From an uncultured Chthonomonadaceae bacterium (GTDB taxonomy: Bacteria > Armatimonadota > Chthonomonadetes > Chthonomonadales > Chthonomonadaceae): a DNA stretch of 64,000 nt. Shown piece by piece: positions 39,380 to 50,449 of the stretch. Made by a program: the position numbers and the translations under genes. Position 1 is the stretch's first letter. Each line of letters starts with the position of its first letter. The stretch lies in contig CAWFQB010000003.1 in assembly GCA_963817895.1 (NCBI GenBank), positions 512,001 through 576,000 of the forward strand, written 5' to 3'. The notes under the pieces were generated by a model. That model did no database searches and had not been told where the DNA came from. It saw nothing but the letters and a program-made list of their open reading frames with translations.

Positions 39380-40420
39380 ATGTTCACAAAACAAAATTTT
39401 GCGATAGCGGGCGTACTAACGCTCCTGGCACTGACTGCCCCTCACCCTGCAACGGCACAAGTGAGTTGGCAGTACAGTATCTTCAATGGGCCTGCCGCCA
39501 GCACGTTCTACCAGCCTGATGCCATCAACAATGCAGGAATTATTGCGGGAACGTACAGCAGTTCGACCTCGTCCGGCGTGTTCCTCATGCAGGGCGGAAC
39601 GTTCACGACCTTTGGCAACGGAGATACGCAGTTAAACGGCATCAATAACGCCGGGGACACGACCGGTTATTTTTACGATGCCGTTGCGGATGTTGAAACT
39701 CCCTTTGTTCGCGGGGCGAATGGAACCTTCTCTTTCCTGCCGAAGCTGGTCTATGGAGATGTTCCGCAAGCCCTCAATGATACCGGCAAAGTTGTCGGCT
39801 ACTCTACTGACGATTTCACCACAGTTCATGGCGCGATGTGGAGCGGCGGCATCGAGACAACCTCGGATTATCCCGGCGCAAGCGACACGGCCTACTACGG
39901 CATCAACAACGCGGGCAAGATCGTCGGCGATACCAACAACATCACCGGCAACGGCCCGCCCGAAGCCTTTGTGCTGGACAATGGGGTCTTCACGCCTTTT
40001 GTCATTCCCGGAGCGGACGTTACCATTGCAGAAGGCATCAACAATGCCGATCAGATACTGGGCCGATACGGGGACGCGAACGGCAGCTTTCACGGCTTCA
40101 TCCTGAACAATGGCATCGTGACCACGCTGGATTTTCCCGATCTTGACGCTCTCTTCGGGCTGACGTTCACCGACAGTAACGGCAAACTGTTCAATCGGCA
40201 AAGGCCGTTCACTATTCCGCTCGGCTTTAACGATAAGGAGGATTTTGTCGGCATCATCGGGGCTTCTTATGAGGGCGCGGATGGAACCGGCTTCTTTTTC
40301 CGCGAACACGGATTTATTGCCACAGCCGTACCCGAACCTGACAGCATCGCCCTCCTCGTAAGTATGAGCGTAACCGGAGTTGCCTTCGTCATGCGCCGCA
40401 GAAAGGTGAGGACGGCTTGA
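39380..40420 (+). CDS. PEP-CTERM surface protein with extracellular (HAF-like) repeats
   Basis: Signal peptide, repeated GINNAGxIVG units and a VPEPDSIALL...RRRK tail. Confidence 0.92.
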   Translation: MFTKQNFAIAGVLTLLALTAPHPATAQVSWQYSIFNGPAASTFYQPDAINNAGIIAGTYSSSTSSGVFLMQGGTFTTFGNGDTQLNGINNAGDTTGYFYDAVADVETPFVRGANGTFSFLPKLVYGDVPQALNDTGKVVGYSTDDFTTVHGAMWSGGIETTSDYPGASDTAYYGINNAGKIVGDTNNITGNGPPEAFVLDNGVFTPFVIPGADVTIAEGINNADQILGRYGDANGSFHGFILNNGIVTTLDFPDLDALFGLTFTDSNGKLFNRQRPFTIPLGFNDKEDFVGIIGASYEGADGTGFFFREHGFIATAVPEPDSIALLVSMSVTGVAFVMRRRKVRTA

Positions 40421-40443
40421 ACGGTTCTCGCATCGCTCAGAAC

Positions 40444-40845
40444 ATGCCGAATAAAGCAGACCCTTCCGAGGCGGCGCTTTTCCAGGCGCGTTGGGCTTCG
40501 GGGCGCTATCACCATCGTCGCTGGTTTAGCGCCAACCGTTGTCTCGATGTGCGGCTGACATCGGGCGCTCTGCATACGCGCCTGATGTTTCCGTTTTCCC
40601 TTTTCTCCGCCACTCACCGGGGCTTCAAGAATACCATTCCTCTCATGCAGATAAAGGCCGTTCAGAAGGCGCGTTTTATGGGCTGGTGGGAAACAGTAGA
40701 AATTACCTTTGTGGATAACGAAGGCTGTAGCCGCTGTCTGGAAATTGGCTTTACCGGTCCTTTACCGCAGATAGGGACACATCAGCAGAAAACGCGCGAT
40801 GCCTTCATGCAAGCCATGCAAGAAGCGCTGGAAGCAACGGATTAG
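40444..40845 (+). CDS. Hypothetical protein
   Basis: Intact ORF in operon context. Confidence 0.6.
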   Translation: MPNKADPSEAALFQARWASGRYHHRRWFSANRCLDVRLTSGALHTRLMFPFSLFSATHRGFKNTIPLMQIKAVQKARFMGWWETVEITFVDNEGCSRCLEIGFTGPLPQIGTHQQKTRDAFMQAMQEALEATD

Positions 40846-40910
40846 CTTTATCTGGAGCAGCCTTCGTCATACGACGTAGAAATGCCGAGCTGCTGTAAAG
40901 GGACGGTCAA

Positions 40911-41432
40911 ATGACGCAAGTAGCCATTATAGGAAATGCAGGCGGTGGAAAGAGTACGCTCAGTCGTCGTCTCAGCCAGGTACTTGGTTTGCCTCTGCAT
41001 TTCATTGATTTGATCCAGTGGAAACCAGGCTGGATAGCGGCTCCTGCGGAGGAAGTCAGGCAGAAACACCAGGCGATTCTAGCGCAGAAAAAGTGGATCA
41101 TAGACGGATGGGGGAGTTGGGACAATATCGAGGCGCGCTTTGCGGTTGCCGATACCATCATCCTCATTGACTTCCCGCTTTACATTCACTACTGGTGGGC
41201 CATGAAGCGTCAGTTCATGTGCTTGTTCCGTCCGCGTCCGGATGGCCCGGAAGGATGTCCCATGCTGCCCATGACCTGGCGACTCTTGCAGCTGATGTGG
41301 ATGATCCATTATGAAATGCGTCCTCGCCTGTTGGAAATGATTGGGAGCCTGCCATCCAAAAAGCGAGTGTTTCATCTCCGCTCGCCACGAGAATTACGCC
41401 GCTTTGTCCGTGAACATTGTCCTGCCCCGTAA
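40911..41432 (+). CDS. P-loop kinase, FlaR/topology-modulation (adenylate-kinase-like) family
   Basis: IIGNAGGGKSTL, W.PGW, WIIDG and ADTII. Confidence 0.85.
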   Translation: MTQVAIIGNAGGGKSTLSRRLSQVLGLPLHFIDLIQWKPGWIAAPAEEVRQKHQAILAQKKWIIDGWGSWDNIEARFAVADTIILIDFPLYIHYWWAMKRQFMCLFRPRPDGPEGCPMLPMTWRLLQLMWMIHYEMRPRLLEMIGSLPSKKRVFHLRSPRELRRFVREHCPAP

Positions 41433-41621
41433 ACCACAAGAAGATTAGCCGGAATTGCTGACGCCTGTATTCGCATTGCCGCCCCTCCTCATCGAACCTC
41501 GCCTCATCGTTCATTTTTCTCCATTTCTTCATCGGATGCAGGAATTTGCTCCAGGTGTAGCGAATTGTGCCACATTCGCCAAACGGCGCTTCTCAACTCA
41601 CTTCTTACACGAGGCTTAAAC

Positions 41622-42893
41622 ATGCACTCCAACGTTCCCGGTTTGCTGCGCGCAGGCGTTTTTGCGGCTTGTACGCTTGCGTCCGTTACTTTCGGTTCGG
41701 TCGAGGCGTCCGCTGCGCCCGCGCCGATGCTCAAAAAACAACCCGTCAAACGGCTGGCTTCCGCGCGGCTGCAAACCACGCCTAAAAAGCGGACGGAGAA
41801 AAAATCCAAAATGGACAAGATGATCGTTTACATCGGCACATACACGCAGGGCGCGAGCAAGGGCATTTACATCTATGACATGGATACCAAAACGGGGATG
41901 CTCACGCCCGCAGGCAACGCGCCGCTGGTTTCCAATCCCTCGTTTCTGACCATTGCGCCCGACCACAAGCATCTCTATGCCTGCAATGAAGTGGATGATT
42001 TCGACGCCGCCCATGAGGGCGCGGTCAGCGCGTTCGCCATTGACGCCAAAACAGGCGGGCTGACCCTGCTCAATCAGCAGCCGTCGGCGGGGGGGGGGCC
42101 GTGCTTTGTGTCTATGGACGCCAAAGGCAAAAACGTTCTGGTTGCCAACTACGGCAGCGGCAGCGTGGGCGTTCTGCCCATTGGCGCGGACGGCAAGCTG
42201 ATGCCGCCAAGCGACAAAAAGCAGCACGAGGGTAAGGGAACCGACCCGGCCCGACAGGAGGGGCCACACGCGCACTCCATCAATCTCGACCCCGCCAACC
42301 ATTTCGCGTTCGCGGCGGATTTGGGTTTGGACAAGGTGTTTATTTACCGCTTCGATGCGGCCAAAGGGACACTGACGCCCAACACGCCCGCGTTCGCGTC
42401 CGTCGCGCCCGGTTCCGGCCCGCGCCACCTGTCGTTCCATCCGAACGGACACTACGCTTACGTCATCAACGAAATGGCGTCCAGCGTGACCGCCTTCCAT
42501 TACGATGCCGCCAAAGGCAGCATGACCGAATTGCAGACGGTTTCTACCATTCCCGCAGGCTTTACGGGCGCGACGACGTGCGCGGAAATCCGGGTACATC
42601 CTTCCGGCAAGTTTTTGTACGGCTCCAACAGGGGACACGACAGCATTGCCATATTCACTATTGACGCGGATACGGGCAAACTGACCCCGGCAGGCCATCA
42701 GTCCACGCAGGGCAAAACTCCACGCAACTTCAACCTTGACCCGTCCGGGCAGTTCCTCCTTGCCGCCAATCAGGACTCGGACAGCGTGGTTGTTTTTCGC
42801 ATTGACGCGCAAACGGGCCAACTGACGCCCACCGGCCAAACGCTGAACATTCCCAAACCGGTGTGCGTGAAGTTCCTGACTCCGGGCAAATAG
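41622..42893 (+). CDS. Lactonase family protein (6-phosphogluconolactonase-type beta-propeller), exported
   Basis: YIGTYT, NPSFL, VANYGSG, RQEGPHAH, GSGPRH, SNRGHDSI and PRNF. Confidence 0.92.
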   Translation: MHSNVPGLLRAGVFAACTLASVTFGSVEASAAPAPMLKKQPVKRLASARLQTTPKKRTEKKSKMDKMIVYIGTYTQGASKGIYIYDMDTKTGMLTPAGNAPLVSNPSFLTIAPDHKHLYACNEVDDFDAAHEGAVSAFAIDAKTGGLTLLNQQPSAGGGPCFVSMDAKGKNVLVANYGSGSVGVLPIGADGKLMPPSDKKQHEGKGTDPARQEGPHAHSINLDPANHFAFAADLGLDKVFIYRFDAAKGTLTPNTPAFASVAPGSGPRHLSFHPNGHYAYVINEMASSVTAFHYDAAKGSMTELQTVSTIPAGFTGATTCAEIRVHPSGKFLYGSNRGHDSIAIFTIDADTGKLTPAGHQSTQGKTPRNFNLDPSGQFLLAANQDSDSVVVFRIDAQTGQLTPTGQTLNIPKPVCVKFLTPGK

Positions 42894-43159
42894 GCGCAGC
42901 CCTCAATCTGTGTTTCTCAATTCTGCCTTTGTTCCTTCTGTAACCTACAGAAGAAACAGAGGCGCTTTGTTGCAGGCGTTATCGCTGAACTTGAACGCGA
43001 GCAGGTTTAGGCGCTGTATGTCATTTGGCAGAAGCAGTTATATGTAATAACATATATTTTGTCTTGGAACTATTAAGGAGGGTTGTTCAATTTGACGTGG
43101 GCGGCAAGATGTGGTACAAAAGTAGTGTTTTTCTTCTCCCACTAAAGCCCTGATGCTCT

Positions 43160-44485
43160 ATGCCTGAATCAACCCTGATAAAATCCGAAAATACTCTTTT
43201 GAAATCGCCGCCTGAAATAGCGGAGTCGCCTGTTGTCGCGCTGATACGCTCCCGTCAGCAATTGCAGGCTGATCCCGAAAACGCGACCGCTTTGTTCGAG
43301 GAGGCCGTTGCCCTGTGCCGACTGGGACAGTGGGAAGCCGCGCTCACAGCCTGGGAACAGGTGACGCGCCTGGAACCCGGCAACGTCTTCGCGTATCTGA
43401 ATCAGGGCATTGCCCATCTTCAGCGGGAACAGTGGCAGCAGGCGGAACAGGCGTTTGAAGCCGCGTTGCGCTATGCCCCGGAACATGCCGAAGCGCATTT
43501 TGGTCTGGGTATGGCTTATGCCCATCAGGAGCGTTACGAGCAGGCATACGCGGCCTGGCAGGAAGCCCTGCGTTTCGACCCCGCGCACCCGGAAGCCCAT
43601 GCCAACCTCTCGATGCTTGCGCAAATGTCCACAACGGAAGTGGAGTCTCTGAATTTCGGCTCGGCGCAAACCCTGCAATTCGATTGTATTGCAGGGTCTG
43701 AAAAGCCCGCGCAAAGCGAAGAGCGGCGTATCAAACTGCCGCCACTATCCGGGCCGCCGCTCGGCCAGATTGCCGATGCCGTTGTCGCCGCTCAGGAAGC
43801 GCGGGCGCAGGAGGGTGACGCCGCGCCTGCATCGTTATTCTCCGATGAACCCGCTGTGGAAGAGCGTCCCGAACCCACGCTTAAGCTGGATAGCAAGGCG
43901 TTGAAGCGGGAACACGCGCGACTGGCAGCAGAGGACAACCCTGCCCCGCGTCAAAAGCCTGCCGCCGGATGGCTGCGCGGCCCTGTTGCAGCCGTTGGCA
44001 TGGTTATCGCTGCCGTTATCCTGACATTATGGGGCGCAGGTCGCTTCCACGCGCCCGCCGCTCCCGGTTCTGCTTCCCATTCGACAATTGTAACGCCGCC
44101 GAATGCTTTGTCAAGCGTGTCCACGCCTGTAGCAATGCCGCCATCAGTGTTCCCGCCGGTTATTTCACCTGCTTTGGCGGTAAAACAACCCGTTATGCCA
44201 GCTACAGCATCTGCCATTCGCGCCCATACGCGCAAAACCATTCGCCATGCTCCCGCTTCTCACCGGCAGGAGGAAGCGAAGCCGGAAAGACACTCCCTGG
44301 CGAAAGAAACGTCTCACCCGTCTCGTCGTGTTCGGGAATCATCCGTTTCTGCTGCCCCCGCGCCTGCTCCTTCCCGCGCTTCAACCCGAAACCGTCAGGC
44401 GCATACAGACGAAGATACCTTTGCCGCGCATCGCCGCGCCGGCCACGCTGACAATTCTGAGGAATGGACGGATCGGATGCCTTAG
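43160..44485 (+). CDS. TPR-repeat membrane protein
   Basis: N-terminal TPRs, one TM helix and a low-complexity C-terminus. Confidence 0.8.
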   Translation: MPESTLIKSENTLLKSPPEIAESPVVALIRSRQQLQADPENATALFEEAVALCRLGQWEAALTAWEQVTRLEPGNVFAYLNQGIAHLQREQWQQAEQAFEAALRYAPEHAEAHFGLGMAYAHQERYEQAYAAWQEALRFDPAHPEAHANLSMLAQMSTTEVESLNFGSAQTLQFDCIAGSEKPAQSEERRIKLPPLSGPPLGQIADAVVAAQEARAQEGDAAPASLFSDEPAVEERPEPTLKLDSKALKREHARLAAEDNPAPRQKPAAGWLRGPVAAVGMVIAAVILTLWGAGRFHAPAAPGSASHSTIVTPPNALSSVSTPVAMPPSVFPPVISPALAVKQPVMPATASAIRAHTRKTIRHAPASHRQEEAKPERHSLAKETSHPSRRVRESSVSAAPAPAPSRASTRNRQAHTDEDTFAAHRRAGHADNSEEWTDRMP

Positions 44486-44604
44486 AGTTTATCCCAATAG
44501 GCCGGGTACAGAGAACGTACCCGTCTGAGTGGCCTACGGCGTAGGGACATAACATGTTATGTCCTCCTTCGGACGCAAATGCAATCGCCTGTTGGGATAG
44601 GCTC
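44485..44604. mobile_element. MITE-like element, family A copy 2, carrying an extra GTAG-type hairpin
   Basis: Same body as 149-250 with TTA on both sides; extra GTAGGGACATAACATGTTATGTCC at 44541-44564. Confidence 0.8.
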
Positions 44605-44654
44605 TTAGATCATTCTCACATACTGACAGGAAAATAGCGATAGGAAACGACTAT

Positions 44655-46253
44655 ATGCTTTCTCATTTACCTTTACAATCGCGCCCTGTGAAGGGGCTGC
44701 TTGCGTGTTTTTTCGTCAGCCAGTGCCGCGCGTTACGATTGTCGCATGGCGCCCTGGTCGGTATTCTGCTGGCGCTCGGCGGGCTGACATTGGGTGTTGC
44801 CGTGTACGCGCAGACGAAGTCGGATGCGCCGATAAGTGGCCGCGAAACCGCTTCCCTGGGAACGAACCTAGTGCCGTCCGGCGATTTTGCGCCTGGCGCG
44901 ACCGGATGGAAGGCGGAACTGGCAAACGGCAAAGCCAGCGCCGCGCTGTCATGGCCGGACGATGCAATCCTGCCGCAAGGGGCGGCGGGCAAAGTGGCGC
45001 GTTTCGACGTAGAGGCCATTGACAAAGACCGCTGGCACGTTCAGTTTTATCATGATGGCCTTGATTTGAACGATAATGACGTGTACACGCTCACGTTCTG
45101 GGCGAAAGCCGGACAGGAGCGTTTGCTTTCCGTATCCGTCAACGCGGACGAGGACGATTACCACCCGGTGGGCCTGGATCATCAAGTTACCATCGGTACG
45201 CAATGGCGTAAAATCAGTCTGGCCTTTACCGCCCTGCGCGTTCGGAAAAACCATACTCGCCTGTGTTTCATGCTCGGCGATGCGTTGGGGCGGGTAGAGT
45301 TGGCGGACGCGCGTCTGCAAAAAGGCGTCCTTGCCCCACCCCCCGGTCCCAACCTGCTGCGCAACGCTAACTTCGCGGAGGGAATCACTGCCTGGATACC
45401 GCTTCATACGGAAGGAACCGCGCAGGCGACACTACAAGTTGCTGATAATCCCCCCGCCAATGTCGGGGGCAAGGTGGCGCATATCAGTGTCACCGAAGCC
45501 GGTTCGCTATGGCACGTTTATTTCGGTCAGGGTGGCCTGTCGCTGGAAGAGGGCGGAGTGTATACGCTGAGTTTCCTGGCAAAATCGAAAAGCGGCCGTT
45601 CCATAATAGTTCATTCGGATGTGGAGGGCGGGGACTACCATCAGACGGGCTTGCGGCAGGTTGTCGCGATCACGCCCAACTGGAACAAATTCACGTTCAT
45701 CTTCACCCCGACAAACACCGGTCACAGCGCGGGGCGCATCGTCTTTTCCGTGGGGGATGCCGTCGGGGATGTTGATCTGGCGGGCGTGGTTTTGCAGCGG
45801 GGCGTGGCGGCGCAAGTCAAAACTCCCGCGTCCAATACGGATACGCAAACCGGGCGCGTCAATCCGTCCACGAAAACATCCGGGGGCAAAACGGCGCCGA
45901 ACGGCGCAACAGGGCAGGGAACCGCGCGGGCGCATCGTTCGCATCCGCTGCTCGGAACCTGGCAGAGCTACCATAAGGAGGAGGGGCTGACCGGCAAGGA
46001 GTACCAGCGTTACCGCTTCGTGTTTGAAGCTAACGGGAGCGGTTCCCTGCAAGTCGCCGCTATGTCCGCCGACCCTGCCGCTCCGCCCAAATCGCAGCAG
46101 AACGAAACCTTCAAATGGGACTTGATCGAGGGTGGGCCGCACGTTACCATTGGCGCGAACGTATATACCTGGACCATCGAAAAAGAGGGCGCGAAGCAGA
46201 AGCTGACATTGAAGAACTACGAGGGCAAAACCTACATTCTGTTTCGGCAGTAA
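44655..46253 (+). CDS. Secreted protein with two CBM4/9-like carbohydrate-binding domains
   Basis: Two NL...G/NF...W...WHV.F...YTL.F.AK modules. Confidence 0.8.
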   Translation: MLSHLPLQSRPVKGLLACFFVSQCRALRLSHGALVGILLALGGLTLGVAVYAQTKSDAPISGRETASLGTNLVPSGDFAPGATGWKAELANGKASAALSWPDDAILPQGAAGKVARFDVEAIDKDRWHVQFYHDGLDLNDNDVYTLTFWAKAGQERLLSVSVNADEDDYHPVGLDHQVTIGTQWRKISLAFTALRVRKNHTRLCFMLGDALGRVELADARLQKGVLAPPPGPNLLRNANFAEGITAWIPLHTEGTAQATLQVADNPPANVGGKVAHISVTEAGSLWHVYFGQGGLSLEEGGVYTLSFLAKSKSGRSIIVHSDVEGGDYHQTGLRQVVAITPNWNKFTFIFTPTNTGHSAGRIVFSVGDAVGDVDLAGVVLQRGVAAQVKTPASNTDTQTGRVNPSTKTSGGKTAPNGATGQGTARAHRSHPLLGTWQSYHKEEGLTGKEYQRYRFVFEANGSGSLQVAAMSADPAAPPKSQQNETFKWDLIEGGPHVTIGANVYTWTIEKEGAKQKLTLKNYEGKTYILFRQ

Positions 46254-46299
46254 CTACAAGCCCTCACTCCTAAAGCAGATAATTTCAGGAAACCTGATT

Positions 46300-47811
46300 A
46301 TGTCCTTTCGCCCCTTGTATTCTGTTTTTCGTCCTCTTTGTTTCGTTTGTTTCGCGTGTTTCGCGGTTCTCATCGGACTGGCTTCTCCCGTTCGAGGGCA
46401 GGCCACGCAGGGGATGGGAATGAGCGCGTTGAGCAGCCTGCCCATGCCACGCGGCGGCAAAATCGTCCACTTTTCCAGCAACGATCCGAAGGGCGGCAAC
46501 GACGACTGGCGGCGCGTGGAACCCGGACAAACATTTACGCTTGTAGACCAGAAGGGCGCGGGCGTTGTGCGCCGGTGGTGGATCGCCCTTTCGCCCCGCG
46601 ACAACCATATCTTGCAGCGGCAGGTGATTGTGCGCTGCTACTGGGACGGCGAAACCGAGCCTTCCGTCGAGTGTCCCATCAACGACTTTTTCGGCATGGG
46701 TTTTGGCGAGTGGCGCGAGTTTACGTCCCTGCCCCTGAACATGATGAGTGGCGGCACGAACTGCTACTGGCCGATGCCGTTCCACAAATCCGCCCGTATC
46801 ACGATTGAGAACCGCGCCAAAATTCCCCTTGACAACTTCTATTACAACATAGACATTGATATGCAGCCCCGCCTGCCCCGCAATTCGCTGTACTTTCACG
46901 CGCAGTTTCGCCGGTCAAGAACGGAAAAGGGCAAGTCTGTCACTGTTCTGGAAACAACCGGCAAAGGGCAGTATGTAGGTACGCTGCTGGAAATGCAGCG
47001 GGTTCGGGGACGCGGGCTTGGCTATCTGGAGGGCGACGAGTATATTTATGTGGACGGCGAAGAGCAGGCGTCCATTCGGGGTACGGGCAGCGAGGACTAT
47101 TTCAACTCGGGCTGGTATTTCGACCGGGGCGTGTACTCGGCTCCCTACCATGGCGTGACAATCAAGGACGAGATGTTAAGCCGCATCAACGCTTACCGCT
47201 GGCATATCGAAGACGCCATTCCGTTTACCCGCTCGTTCCGCTTCACGATGGAACACGGCGGCCAGAATGACGCGCCGGACGTGGATTACTGCTCGGTCGC
47301 GTACTGGTATCAGACGCACCCGCATCCGCGTTTCCCCGCGCTGCCTGCCGATCTGTTGCCCGTCACTCCTGCGCCAGTCACGCATTTTCCTGGCATCATA
47401 GAGGGGGAGAGTCTGGTTGCGACGGCGAAAGCGACGGAGGGCGGGGTTGTCGCTCAGGATGTAGGCGATCCGCCGGACACATGGAGCGGCGACGCGCATC
47501 TGTTCTGGATGCCCAAAACACCCGGCGCAAAGCTTACATTGAAACTGAATGCGCCCGAAACAAAAGAGTACGAACTGATCGGCTATTTCACGCAGGCGAC
47601 GGATTACGGGCAGTACCGCATCCGCGTCAACGGCAGAACCCTGCGCGACTTTGACGGCTATTCTCCGAATGTGAAAGCTTCCGGCCCGCTGTCGTTGGGC
47701 CGCGTCACTCTGAAATCCGGCGCAAACGACATCGAACTGGAAATCACGGGCAAAGACGCGCGTTCAACCGGCTACTACGTCGGCGTTGACGGCTTCCTGC
47801 TCAAACCATGA
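46300..47811 (+). CDS. DUF2961 / GH172 glycoside hydrolase
   Basis: YWDGETEPSVECPINDFFG, NCYWPMPF, EGDE, GTGSEDYF and YRWHIEDAIPF. Confidence 0.92.
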   Translation: MSFRPLYSVFRPLCFVCFACFAVLIGLASPVRGQATQGMGMSALSSLPMPRGGKIVHFSSNDPKGGNDDWRRVEPGQTFTLVDQKGAGVVRRWWIALSPRDNHILQRQVIVRCYWDGETEPSVECPINDFFGMGFGEWREFTSLPLNMMSGGTNCYWPMPFHKSARITIENRAKIPLDNFYYNIDIDMQPRLPRNSLYFHAQFRRSRTEKGKSVTVLETTGKGQYVGTLLEMQRVRGRGLGYLEGDEYIYVDGEEQASIRGTGSEDYFNSGWYFDRGVYSAPYHGVTIKDEMLSRINAYRWHIEDAIPFTRSFRFTMEHGGQNDAPDVDYCSVAYWYQTHPHPRFPALPADLLPVTPAPVTHFPGIIEGESLVATAKATEGGVVAQDVGDPPDTWSGDAHLFWMPKTPGAKLTLKLNAPETKEYELIGYFTQATDYGQYRIRVNGRTLRDFDGYSPNVKASGPLSLGRVTLKSGANDIELEITGKDARSTGYYVGVDGFLLKP

Positions 47812-47826
47812 ACGAAGCCTAACGTC

Positions 47827-48066
47827 ATGACAAACAAAAACAATATGCTCTCTTTATGGATAGAGGGTTGGGACAAATCTGATCCATTCTGGCTGTTCAA
47901 ATTCGCAGGCTTCTTTGGCGCGGGGCCGATGGGCATGTACGGCGCATGGCTGATTTATAACGGCGAACATAATGTCGTCAAAGCGATGATCATTGCTGTC
48001 GTTGCTTTGTTCGTATTCATCACGCCAATCGCAGGCGTTATCAAAAGCCGTTCGGGGCCTTCTTGA
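47827..48066 (+). CDS. Small two-TM membrane protein
   Basis: Two hydrophobic segments; directly follows the GH172 gene. Confidence 0.55.
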   Translation: MTNKNNMLSLWIEGWDKSDPFWLFKFAGFFGAGPMGMYGAWLIYNGEHNVVKAMIIAVVALFVFITPIAGVIKSRSGPS

Positions 48067-48716
48067 CGCAAAGCCAGCCCCAATTCCAGCAGAAACTTGC
48101 GGATATGCTCCAGCAATCCCTTTTCCAGATCGCGCTCTTCTGCTTCGGAACCAAGCGTCAGGAAATCGAAGTTGTACGGGTCTTTGAGCAACTCTTGCGC
48201 GAGATCGGATTGGGGCGCGGGCAAGGTCAGCGCAAAGTTGGTGACGGCTTTCCCCTGCCGCGCGTACAACTTGCTTTCAATATGATGTACCAGCACATTG
48301 CGGCTCCAGCCGTTTTCGATGGCCTGTTACGCGTACCAGAGACGCTCTTCCTGCGTGTTAAGGTAGTCCAACATGCGTACATTGTGGCCCCACGGCAATT
48401 TTGCAACAACCTGTTGCAAAATTGCCTCGTCCGGCCAGACTTCCGCAAACGACCGCATGTAGCGCAGGTTGCGCGGCGAAAAACCCTGCATGGCGGGGAA
48501 CTCGCGGCGCAAGTCTGCGGATAAAATATCTACCACTTTCGCGCCCCAACCCTCTTCGCGCATCCGGCTTGAAAGGCCACGCCCAATCTGCCAGTAAAGC
48601 AACACGAGTTCGCTGTTGACAGCCAGAGCCGCGCGAACCTGCGCGGTTCAAATACGCTGTTTCAACTCCTTCAAGAACGTTTCATAGCCGGGGAATGTTG
48701 TGATGGTTTCACTCAT
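48067..48716 (-). pseudogene. DUF1016/YhcG PD-(D/E)XK nuclease remnant
   Basis: VNSELVLLYWQIG, GFSPRNLRYM, LPWGHN and KDPYNFDFL. In-frame stops at 48648-48650 (TGA) and 48327-48329 (TAA); truncated after LLELG. Confidence 0.88.
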
Positions 48717-48763
48717 ATCGGTTCTGCTTTCTTTTTGGTCTTTTGTGTTGTCGGGCGAAATTG

Positions 48764-50326
48764 TCAGATAAGCGCGTGGGCGTTCAGGTCAAGGGTGAAG
48801 TGGTCTACGCACTTGAGCGGGCCGGTATGCGCGGTGAAATACTCGCCCGTGAGTTTGCGCTGCGCAATGGTCACGCGCAGGAAACCCAATTTCGCGTCGT
48901 TGTAATCTTCCAGCGTGAGATGGCCCCGCGTTGTCTGACCGGGCGGCGGCTGCATCTGAATCGTCGCGGGGACTTTGCGCGCCAACGTCAGGGAGACTTC
49001 TCCCGCCCCCTCCGGCTGATCGCAGGGCGTTCCCATTCCCTCGATAGTATGCCCGCCACTGCCCACAATCAGACAGGGCATCTGGCGTTTGTCGCCCTTG
49101 AGCGCGTAGTGGCGCGTCAGGCGCTGATACGAATGAACGTGCGCCGACAGGAGAGCATCCGGCCATTGCCCGCCCGCGTCAAACGCTTTTTCCAGCACGT
49201 TCGCCAGCGGCGCGGCGTTTTCGGCATGGGGCGGCGGGGTCACATTTTTGGGATTCACGATTAGCGCCAGTTTCGGATCGCCCCGAACGGCGAAATTCGC
49301 CGTATACGAGTACGGCGGGTAGTGTACCGCCAGCAGAACCGCTTTCGGCTCCTGCCCCTGCTTCTGGCGGGCTTCGTTTCGCGCCCGAATGTCTTTCAAC
49401 TGACGGACGAGCCAGCGATACTGCGGCGCGCGTTGTTCATAATTCGGGTCGTTCAGGTCGGGCGTGGTTGTTGGATCGTCTAAAATGCCGCCGTTCGCCA
49501 CATTGGTATACAGCCCGATGATGCTTGCCGGCCCGGTTTCCAATCGCCAGTAGATATAGGGCTAAATCATGGCGGGGCGATTGTCCACAGCGTTGTCCGG
49601 CGATTTGCTGCCTCTGGCAATGCCGAAACTGCAAAAGTTCTTGAAGAAATGGGTGAGCGCGGTTTTGGAAGTATCCACATTCTCCGCGCTCTGGTTTGCC
49701 GGGTTGCCGTCCCGAAAATGAATTTTGCCGTCGTGGTTCCCCGCAACAGCAAAAATCGGGCGGTTGTACGCGGAGTAGGGCGTATAAAACTGCTCGTTGT
49801 ACATGTTGCCCTGATCGTATTTCATTTGCTCGGTCGGCTTGTAGACGACATCCCCAAGCAGATAGAGAAAGGACGCGGGTACGGCAGGCGTGTTGATGTG
49901 GCCGCTGGTGGGGTCTGTCAATTGCGTGGTCATGGCGGCGGCGACGGCCTGCTGCGCCGTATGTTCGTCGAAGCTGGCGGAACAGCCGGTGGCATGAAAG
50001 GTCAGCGTCTGCGGGTTATTATTGGGGCGCGGCGCGGCCACCTCCTCCAGTGTGAGCGTGTACTTTTCTATGGCATCGGGGTCCGGCGCGGGTATAAAAT
50101 CCGGTACGCCTGTCCAGACGCCATTTTCAGCGCAGGAAGCCGCCGATGGCGGCGGGAGCGCTGTAGGGACGGCTATGCTTTCGGGGGGGTGGTCGCTGTC
50201 GTTTGCGCCGTTCTCCTGCGGGCTATTTTCCTGAATGGCCTGCTTCTGAATGTCGTTGCCCTGCGCCTTTATGTTGCTCTTCCCCTTCACAGCGCGCGTT
50301 CCTGTCTTCATGGTCTTCCCCTTCAT
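48764..50326 (-). CDS. Calcineurin-like metallophosphoesterase (frameshift near 49560)
   Basis: LGDVVY, AGNHDG, VHYPPYS and SAHVHSYQR; SD GAGGAGG before ATG 50326. Confidence 0.85.
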
Positions 50327-50449
50327 GTGCTGCCTCCTCTTTATGCGGAATTTATGCGACAAATATTCACAATGCCGGCAGGCAATTCCTTCCGAACAAT
50401 CCGCCCCTGCAATTCGTAACAGGATGATATGCCCATTCAGGAGGAAACC

